Positions 54,331-64,000 of a stretch of DNA of 64,000 nt are shown here, piece by piece. Each line of letters starts with the position of its first letter. Within the stretch, counting starts at the first letter, position 1. Below the pieces are notes generated by a model, which saw only the letters and a program-made list of their open reading frames with translations, did no database searches and was not told the origin of the DNA. The position numbers were made by a program, and so were the translations under genes. Source of the DNA: Octopus vulgaris (Eukaryota); NCBI GenBank assembly GCA_951406725.2, contig OX597816.1, positions 74,834,001 through 74,898,000 of the forward strand, given 5' to 3'.

Positions 54331-54416
54331 GGAAAACAAAACCAGGGTAGGACGAGCATCTCAGGTCATTCAGAATATTTAATTAGAATAAAAAAAAGAG
54401 AGGTAGAAGTAAGTTG

Positions 54417-54494
54417 TGTCTTACAGCTGTTTCTAGGATATCCTAGGTAATGGGTAAACACATCCATACACTAGGTATTCCGTCATCAGAGACA
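54417..54494 (-). ncRNA. Type I hammerhead ribozyme with canonical core and palindromic stem III
   Basis: Minus strand: UGUCU CUGAUGA [cGGAauaCCUAG..augg..ccau..CUAGGauaUCCua] GAAA CAGCUG UA AGACA; truncated sister copy at ~53997-54078. Confidence 0.8.
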
Positions 54495-54604
54495 ATGTGT
54501 ATATGCAGGAAAGTTCCAAACAGAGAATTCACAGTAGATAAAAGAATAAAGATGGAAGAATAAAGTTCACAGTTCATCAGTGAACTAAACCCTTCGTATT
54601 CTTT

Positions 54605-54646
<42 letters not shown>

Positions 54647-54685
54647 TTAGTATGAGGCTTTAAAATGAATCATAAATAGACAGAC

Positions 54686-54785
<100 letters not shown>

Positions 54786-55292
54786 GATTCTTTTTAATGA
54801 CCTCATACTAAATGTTTCAAAAAGAAGGTAAGAAGTATGCTATCAATTTATTCATCACTAATATTTCATTTCATTGGTATATTTAATAATATCGCCTCCA
54901 TATAAATGAATATCAGTCAATTCTGATCAAAATTATTCTGAACTCTGAAAATAACGAACTTCATAGAAAGCGTGTTCTTTGTCCAGCATGTTATAGATCC
55001 TGTCATATCCAGTTCTCTTCCTGTATAAATAACAGGATTTCACACATTTCAATGGAGAACGCAGTCGATATAAACCAGACCAGTATTTTATAGGTGTAAA
55101 TTTTATGGGCTCGAGGGAAATAGAAGGCAAATCAACTCCTGGCAAATCAACGTTCTGTGTATTTGAACACAGAACGTAAAGTGACGAACCTAAAATCCTA
55201 TAAGATATATTTAGTCCGGCATCAGGCATCAGACATCCGGCATACTATCGTTTCTGCCCTTCACCGTTTATAAATCTGTATATATATAAGGC

Positions 55293-55337
<45 letters not shown>

Positions 55338-55769
55338 ACGTGATTGTAGTCTATGCACATCCACAAATTAGCACGCATGTCGCTCAAAGTTTAGGAGTAC
55401 ATTCGTCACGTATTTTCGTCAAATTATTTTCCCCCGAGGCACCCGCGAATAGCGGTAAATTATTTTGAGCCATAACTTCTAATAATTTTCACGGCAGAGA
55501 AATCCACTATATTAACGCCATTATTGTTTATAAAACATGAGTTAAGTCCCCTTCTAGCGACGGTGTAACGAGAGGGAGAGAGAGAGAGAGAGAGATAACA
55601 GATTTTTTAAATTTCTTTTTAGTGAGTGATTGATAGACAAAAACAGACAGGTGTTGTTATGTATAAATGTGTGAATGGCTTCAGTCACACACACACACAC
55701 ACTAGCGTGTATGCGTACAAAACACATGCATGCAATGTGTGTGTTGCCCGTATATATATATACACTATA

Positions 55770-56283
55770 TCTCTATCTATATAAAGCTGAAATTGTCTGT
55801 GTAAGGCAGGTTTGGTAGCCTTCAACTAAAACTATCTCCTCCGAGACCCTGCGGTACAAGTTGACCAAAATTGAGAGTATGATAGAAGAAGGCTTGCTCT
55901 TCCTTCCGTAGAAGATAAAATTCAAATTGGAATAATGTTAACACCAAAAATTATTTACATAAAAAAGGTGCTTTTTTTCTATGAAAATCCCTACTTTTTA
56001 CGATGTTTTGACTGCTGTATCGCCATTTTTCGGTGTATTTCAACCAGAAAAATGTTTACTTAAAGAGAATAACAAGCTACATAATGCAAAATTTTTACTT
56101 TCCGAAAATTCCAATTCTAAAGAGTCGAAACAAACCCGAGTAATCATTATATGGATAATACACAAGGAATGTGCACTCAGACATTCTGGAATAACATATT
56201 TATAAATTTTTATGTTATTGTTTATATACAGAAAGTAACAACCACACTCTTACCCGCGCGTAGAGCGGGTCACCTTCAGCTAG
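55770..56283 (+). mobile_element. Non-autonomous Helitron
   Basis: a|TCTCTATCTATATAAAG start; ACCCGC gcgtaga GCGGGT hairpin followed by CTAG|t. Confidence 0.8.
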
Positions 56284-56396
56284 TTATATATATATATACA
56301 TACATACCTATACCTATATACACACACACATATATACATATATATACACACACATATATATATGCAAATATTTATTATATATATATGTATTATATA

Positions 56397-56448
<52 letters not shown>

Positions 56449-56986
56449 CATCCAACAAAGAATACACTGGAAAACCTTTTCATTTCACCGTCGTCGTTGA
56501 TGTGCTTTTTTTTTCTCATTTTGTTCTTTTTCCAGTTTTCTTAGTCATATTTTATATTTATTGTTCTAAACCATTTCGTTTTCCTGTGTTATTTTATCTC
56601 CTCTGCATCCAATTTCACATAAGCTTCATCTTTTTCTTTAGTCTGATTGTGTGTTCTTTCTTCTTCCTTTCTTCAGTCTCCGTTTGTATTTTTCTTCTTT
56701 CTTTTTTACTCAAACTGTAATATCAGTTTTCGTTGAGTAGATCAAAAGTATTTCTCATTTTGTATACATTTGTTTTGACAACATATCTTTTCATCATTCT
56801 GAGCTAAATAACCCCTATCCCCCTACTTTCTTCCTTGACCAGCTGTCTTTTTCTCTCAATTAATATCGAGATAGCTTTATTCTCCGAGTCAAAAGTCTTA
56901 CTTAGTTAAGTTGATAGTCTATTTAAGTAAGTTATTGTATCTCTTTCTAGGTATACAACCATTTACATCCGACTATTTAAGAACAA

Positions 56987-57280
56987 GCGGCCTAGTGGTT
57001 AGAGCAGTGGACTCGCGGTCGAGGGATCGCGGGTTCGAATCTCAGACTGGGCGATGTGTGTGTTTATGAGCGAAATACCTAATAAGCTCCACGCGGTTCC
57101 GGCAGAAGGTAATGGCGAACTTCTGCTGACTCTTTCGCCAGAAATTTTCTCACTCTTTCCTCTTGCATCTTGCAGCTCACCTGCGACAGACCGGCGTCCC
57201 GTCCAGGTGGGGAACCTATACGCCAAGGAAACAGGGAAACCGGCCCTATGGGCCAGGCGTGGCTCGAGAAGGAACAAACA
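56987..57280 (+). mobile_element. SINE family C
   Basis: Homologous to 53450-53725. Confidence 0.85.
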
Positions 57281-57538
57281 GCAATTTAAGAACAAAGAAA
57301 CATGATTATTCTATGAAAATAATGCAAAATAAAATTTCAAATCCAGTCGGCGATCTGGCGAACCTGATAGTGCGCTGAACAAAATGCCTTGCGGTATTTG
57401 CTCAAGCTCTTAACGCTTTAATTTTTTTTTTAAACAGTGTACTGGGCGTTTTTTTTTCTTTATTTGTTTCAGTCATTTGACTGCGGCCAAGCTGGAGCAC
57501 CGCCTTTAGTCGAGCAAATCGACCCCAGGACTTATTCT

Positions 57539-57964
57539 GGATCTTTTCGGTTTAAACGGCAGTTTTTCTAGCAGTGTCATATGAAATTATCACCCATAAT
57601 TATGACCCTAGTATCGATCTATTGCATTTCAATGTGTTTTAGGGTTAGGGTTAGTTAGGGTTAGGGGTGGGGGGAAGGGTTTTCTTTTTTCTTCACAAAT
57701 GTAAATAATCCCAATCTGTTTCTAAAACGAGGGACATATTCATACGGCACGCCATGTTTTTTACCTCAATGGACGTCACTGATTGGTGAAATTGCAGAAA
57801 TTGAAGAAAAAAAAACAACAAATATCTTACAAACTATAGAATTTTCTCAATAAAGCCAAGAGAAAAAGATGTTTTATAAACACATTCTACCAGTATACGA
57901 AGTTTAACATTTTTTAGTTACCTAGAAATTATGTTAAAAACTGCCGTTCAAACCGAAAAGATCC
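57539..57964. mobile_element. Second copy of the GGATC-TIR MITE, inserted into a SINE A (57462-58250)
   Basis: Perfect 8-bp TSD cttattct on both sides; short TTAGGG/G-run core. Confidence 0.92.
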
Positions 57965-59474
57965 CTTATTCTTTGTAAGCCCAGTACTTATTCTATCGGT
58001 CTATCTTGCCGAACCGCTAAGTGACGGGGACGTAAACACACCAGCATCGGTTGTCAAGCGATTTGGGGGGGGGACAAACACAGACACACAAACATATACA
58101 CACACACACACTCACATATATATATATATACACACACATACATATATATATACATATATACGACGGGCTTCTTTCAGTTTCCGCATACCAAATCCACTCA
58201 CAAAGCTTTGGTCGGCCCGAGGCTATAGAAGTCACTTGCCCAAAGTGCCGCGTTTGTAAAATGTTATTCTGCGAAAGAGGACTCACAAATAGAAAGGTTT
58301 GAGAAACATGGTGCATATTAACGTGGTTGTGATGCTGCTTCAATCGGCGGTTCGCTCTATCTGACATTGGTGACCTATCACCGTTAGCTAGACACCCACA
58401 CTTTTCGTTTTCCATCATGAAAAGTCCGGTGATTGGAGGCCGATTTGAACTCATAGAGCCGAAACAAATACTGTAAAACATCTCGACCGACGCTCTAATA
58501 AATATATCCACCTATTCACTACCTAAAATTTATGCTTTTTTATTGACCTCCGACGGATTAAAGACAAAACTAACCCCCGTGGGATTTGAACTCAGAAGAA
58601 AGAGAACTGGAACAAATACCATAAATTCATTTGATCTGACTCTCTAAACACTTCTACCAGTTCGTGACAAGACTCCATTGTCACAGCTGGGTACTGAATA
58701 TGCTCAATCATAAGTTTGTTCATTCAAGCACGATCTTGGATTAACAATAATCTTAAGAACATCATGAATATTACTTCCCATTTATCCCCCTTCTTAAGAT
58801 ATTTGAATCACTGTACTTTTTTAGTGAAAAAAACAGAAAACGATGCCACGATATTTAGAAATAAATGAGTGATCTTTGATGTTTGGTGCCAAATTAGTCT
58901 GAACCAGCAGATTTATAGTTGATCAAAGACATTCCAATTATGAGCATCGCGGCTTTATTTCGGTCATACTATATCTAAAATGAATATTATCCAGTGCATC
59001 GCTCGTTCTTTTTTTATGTTATTGATTTTTTAACAAAAAAAAACATTAGCATGCGATTTGAAGGAGATTTCGTTACTGTTTCTAGCATGTAAAAGCTCGT
59101 CATTCGCTCATTGTTGTTGATGGTGGTGGAGATGAATACCGTTTCAAGATAGCGAAAATGCAAGCATTTACTCGCGACGCAACCTGCTAATGGCACTATG
59201 TGACGCTGTGTTTTATCTTTATGCATAAAGTTACGTGAGAGATAAACTTTGGAATACAAAAGTTTATATAAACATATCTATGTTTGCTATGTCAGAAGAT
59301 GATTGATTTCTTCCGCAATTTCGTTAATAAAAAGAGGATATATAAAAAAAAATAGATTTACAAATATCAACTATTTATATAACATTGAGACCAAAATATC
59401 TTAAGGTAGGTATTTTTGCTTATTTTCTTTTTCATCGCCCGTACTTTTATTAATATTAGTTCATTTATTTAGCA

Positions 59475-60122
59475 CTTCGGGTAAAATGCTTTGTGTCATT
59501 TCGTCCGTCTTTACGTTCTGTGTTCAAAATACGTCGACTTTGCCTTTCATCCTTTCGGGGTCGACTATATAAGTACCAGTTACGCACTGGGGTCGATGCA
59601 ATCGACTTAATCCCTTGTTTGTACACTCTATGTTTAGCCCCTTGTGTGCAATAAAAAAGGCGGGGTGAAAGACGGGATGATATTATTTCACTTAATCTGA
59701 AATTTAAAAAATTAAATAAAATAAAAACAGAGGTTTGAGTAATTCGAGAAAATCATTCCAGTCCTTGAAATATGCACCTTGTGGTAAAAGTGTGGTATAT
59801 AATGCAGGGTGAGAAGGAGAGAGATAAAGGGGTATAAAGGAAGATAATAGGGAAACAAAGAAATGGAAATGGCTGAAATAGGAACAGGTTGCAGCCAGAA
59901 AATTCTTAAGAAAAATGTTGCTTATAATATTGGTTTCAAATTTTGGCACAAGGCCAGCAAGTTGATCACATCAAATCCAATGCTTGTCTGATACTTATTT
60001 TATCAGTCTCGAAAGGATATAAGTCAAAGTCGACTTTGTCGGAATTTGAACTCACATTGTTAAGACGGGCGAAATGCCGCCCAGCATTTCGCCCACCCGG
60101 CGGTTCTGGCAATTCGCCGCCT
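59475..60122. mobile_element. Two SINE family B copies in opposite orientation (59475-59655 +, 59928-60122 -)
   Basis: Homology. Confidence 0.75.
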
Positions 60123-61699
60123 TTAAGTCATTTATAAGATTGGTGAAATAGTCATAAACGCTCGGCGATACATGGTAGATGTGAATTGTAATGCTTCAAG
60201 CAATAGGTGGCTGTATAGATTGTAAAGTATGACTTATGTAGGAATGATGTTTCCAGGTATTCCAGGTAATTTATGGAAGAGAATTATGTGGGGAATAAAT
60301 GGTGGTGGCGGGTCTTCAACTTTCAGCGGAGAAGCTTCAATTGTTCGTTCACCTGAATAATCTGGTTCAAAATTAATAAGTATTCTGAAGACTCGTGTAA
60401 CCTTAGTGTAATTCTTAGGCAGAATCAGTGCGACAAGTCTGTACCTTTTGAGTTACATGTACTCTTCTCCTGTCGGGCTTCTATGCAGTTTCTGTCAACC
60501 AACTTTCACTTACAGTGCATGGGGTGATCCGAGGACATAGAAAATGACATTTGCCCAAGCGCCACACTGTGGAATCGAGCATGAGACTTCGTGAGGACAT
60601 TTGCCCGAATTCCATGCTGTGGAATCAAGATTGAGACTTTGTGGTTGCGAAGTGAACTTCTTAATGATTCAGTCAGACTGCACCCACGTACTCATAGTTG
60701 TTCAAAGATAAATATTTATTTTGTTCTAGGCAGATTTTTTAGTCTTTCTAAAGCAGTTCTGACAAAGTTGAAAATATGGTAATTCGAAATCATATCACAA
60801 GAGTTGTGAACTTCTAAGATCTACAGAAGGATTGTTTTAAGTTGGGAGGTATTCCTTATATTAAAGATTTAATGCCGTTTTTATGCTCACCATAATAACC
60901 TTCTGAGTTTTCATATACTTAAACATCCTCAGATTTCTGGATCTCCTCTGAAGATGCAGTTTAGACCCTGGTTGATAAATCCTGTTTATGAAACAGAAAC
61001 TGCTAATGTAGATGAAATTAATACAAAAGGAAATCTGTATAGGAGTCAATGAGTTTACTAATTGGACTAATTAACACAATGCTACTGATAATGAAGTGGG
61101 AAGTAGTCTGCAAAAGGGCTGGGCAGGTCACCAACGTTTGGATAGGCAGGGAACAGGTGCAATAAGAAAACTAGCGTTTGATAGACCTGTGTATTTATAA
61201 CAAAGAATAAACCATTGAAGAGGACGGAATTCCTCAGAAAGAGGAGTGGAATGAACTGAAAGGAAATGAGGAAACAAAACTCCATTATATATCGTCTGAC
61301 AATAGTAATAACAAACACAAGCAAATATTTCTTGTAGACTGCAACAAAATACAAGCAAACCAATGTGTACACACTATCAGCGATATTTGTACATCCAGAG
61401 ATATTGTGCGAAACCTGATAACCAGTTCATCTAGCAAGTGGCGCCTCATTTCAGTGAGGGGGCTGGTGCGCCATGATACCGTCGAGAGGTAGCCCCCACC
61501 CCAAACGGCGCGCATTCTCTCCTGATGACCCCATAAACTAGCTAGCATCCGGTATGCGGAGCTTTCAACTGGTAGAGCTTACATCTGCAAGTTGTTTGCA
61601 AAAAATCAAACAGAAGCGCACATAGATGTAGAGAAAGCAGCGCTGGATTAACCATTAAGCAAAATAAGCACGTGATTAGGGTACTGAGGGAAGGGAGCA

Positions 61700-62140
61700 C
61701 CACATAAATGGTAAATAGTTTACGGTACAAAAGAAATTATTTAAAACTTGTTAAAATAAACATTATTGGGTGTGTCTTTCCAAATGTAGACATTGCCTGT
61801 GGTATATTTTTAACATTAATGGTTACAAATTGCTCAGCTGAGAGTTCATTTTCGCCGTTAAAAATTTCATCAGAACAAGGCAAGCTAGATGATTCATCTC
61901 TACTAAGTATAGAGGCAGATTAATTTCGAAGATATGATCAAAGACTTTGCAACTAAAAAAAAAGAAGTAAGAGAAAACTTTTCAGATATAAATAAAGTGG
62001 AAGTCTACAAAAAAATAAACATTATTTTCCATCATTCTGTTAGTTTCGCTTCATTTAAAAAAAATTTTTTTTTAATCATTTTATGATTTATTATTGATTA
62101 TTTTCTGATTTACATATATATGGGTCTTAATCTGGCCCTG
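61700..62140 (+). pseudogene. hAT transposase C-terminal dimerization domain remnant and probable right end
   Basis: VFPNVDIACGIFLTLMVTNCSAESSFSPLK..LLSIEAD; element ends ..ggccctg (CAGGGCC-type TIR). Confidence 0.8.
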
Positions 62141-62369
62141 GGAAAGGGCGAGAGAGAGAGAGAGAGAGATTTGTACAGATACTCTCAGATACCCTCACAC
62201 AAACACAAGAGGTGTACACCAAGACTATAATTAGTTAAATAAGTCGGATCCGATAAGTATTCGCGTTCGATCAACAAAGGTATCCATTCATTGAAATTAT
62301 AATTACAGTTTCAGGGTATTTCGCAGACATTTGTACCTTTACATTTAAAGCACGCACGCACGCACACAC

Positions 62370-62426
<57 letters not shown>

Positions 62427-62504
62427 TACACACATACACACATGAATAAATAACATAACACACACACACACACACACATATATATTTGTTTTTTCTTTAT
62501 TATT

Positions 62505-62764
62505 CTTTTATTTGTTTCAGTCATTTGACTGCGGCCATGCTGGAGCACCACCTTTAGTCGAACAAATCGACTCCAGGACTTACTCTTTATAAGACTAGTA
62601 CTTATTCTACGGAGGTCTTTTGCCGATCCGCTAGGTTACGGGGACGTAAACACATTAGCATCGGTAGTCAAGCGATGCTGGGAGAATAAACACAGACACA
62701 CAAATACATACATACATATACATATATTCATATACATACATACATACATACATACATACATACA

Positions 62765-62796
<32 letters not shown>

Positions 62797-62805
62797 CATA
62801 CATAC

Positions 62806-62871
<66 letters not shown>

Positions 62872-63000
62872 CGGGCTTCTTTCAGTTTCGGTCTTTGGTC
62901 GGCCCGAGGCTACAGTAGAAGACACTTGCCCAGGGTGCTACGCAGTGGGATTGAATCCGGAATCATGTGGTTGGGAACCAAAACACGCAGCTACTCCTGT
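62505..63000 (-). mobile_element. SINE family A
   Basis: Homology. Confidence 0.85.
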
Positions 63001-63003
63001 GTG

Positions 63004-63034
<31 letters not shown>

Positions 63035-63517
63035 GTTTGGCATGACTCGAAAAAGACATTTAACTTAGACAGGGAATATAAACATGGATATATACAGATG
63101 TATGTTTATATTCTCTGTCGAAACTTAATGTCTTTTTCAAGTGATGCCAAACGTTTTGCGTTCTCATTTTTACTCTAATCTGATACACATTTACGTGCGC
63201 GTGCACACATATATGAGTTAAATACTTGAAAAACAACTTCACCTCGTGTTGTGAGGATGTATTTAGGTCCCTTTTATTAATAGCCATAATTAGAGGGCGC
63301 CACATGTTTTTAAAAAACATTTAAGCCTTTCATTGATATAACTAAGAGTGAGAAAGACAGGGAGTGTGTATAAAGTTTGTATCCACATTACTGGTGATAA
63401 TTTCAACTAATTTTTCTTACAAGCGTCGAGTAGAAGATGGGTGTTTGAGAGCGAAAGTCCAGAAGATTTCATTGATGTCCAGTTTATTTCATTGCTCTCC
63501 TTAATAAATTAACTAAT

Positions 63518-63942
63518 GTTGGTTTCAAATTTTGGCACAAAACCAGCACACGGTCGATGTAATCAGTTTAACCCCTCAGGGGAGGGGGTAAATCCATTAT
63601 ATTGACCCCAGTACTTAACTGGTACTTATTTTATCGATCCTGAAAGGATGAAAGGCAAAGTCGACCTCGGCAGAATTTGAACTCAGAACGTAACGGCAGA
63701 CGAAATACCTATTTCTTTACTACCCACAAGGGGCTAAACACAGAGAGGACAAACAAGGACAGACAAACGGATTAAGTCGATTATATCGACCCCAGTGCGT
63801 AACTGGTACTTAATTTATCGACTCCGAAATGATGAAAGGCAAAGTCGACCTCGTCGGAATTTGAACTCAGAACGTAACGGCAGACGGAATACCGCTAAGC
63901 ATGTCGCCCGGCGTGCTAACGTTTCTGCCAGCTCGCCACCCT
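63518..63942 (-). mobile_element. SINE family B dimeric array
   Basis: Same internal junction as at ~8390 and ~43650. Confidence 0.88.
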
Positions 63943-64000
63943 TATCCCGTCTTTCATATCCAAGAACCGAAAGTTCTTCTAGTGAGCTACTACTATCAAA

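Overview
Eukaryotic, AT-rich, microsatellite-dense DNA with no host protein-coding exon that I can support. The SINE families and repeat landscape look to me like an octopus (coleoid cephalopod) genome; that is recognition, not a database result. Nearly all supplied ORFs are translations of (TA)n/(CA)n/(CATA)n/(GATA)n tracts. Identifiable elements: three tRNA-derived SINE families (dozens of copies), a near full-length decayed RTE/BovB-type LINE with three C-terminal C2H2 fingers, an R4/Dong-like 3' end tied to (CATA)n, Penelope-like RT fragments, mariner/Tc1/hAT remnants, non-autonomous Helitrons, a solo LTR, and two copies of a GG-TIR MITE (8-bp TSD) carrying TTAGGG arrays. The main hidden signal is about 10 type-I hammerhead-ribozyme motifs, in several apparently unrelated short repeats lying in or beside (TA)n tracts. 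Most have a very short palindromic (dimer-type) stem III, and the core 3-8 pair varies (C3-G8, U3-A8, G3-C8, U3-G8). One sits in a retrozyme-like 355-bp-period tandem unit. Also notable is a mariner derivative that locally captured an inverted, microhomology-deleted copy of the neighbouring LINE's zinc-finger region. All structures were folded by eye, and SINE and decayed-element boundaries are approximate.
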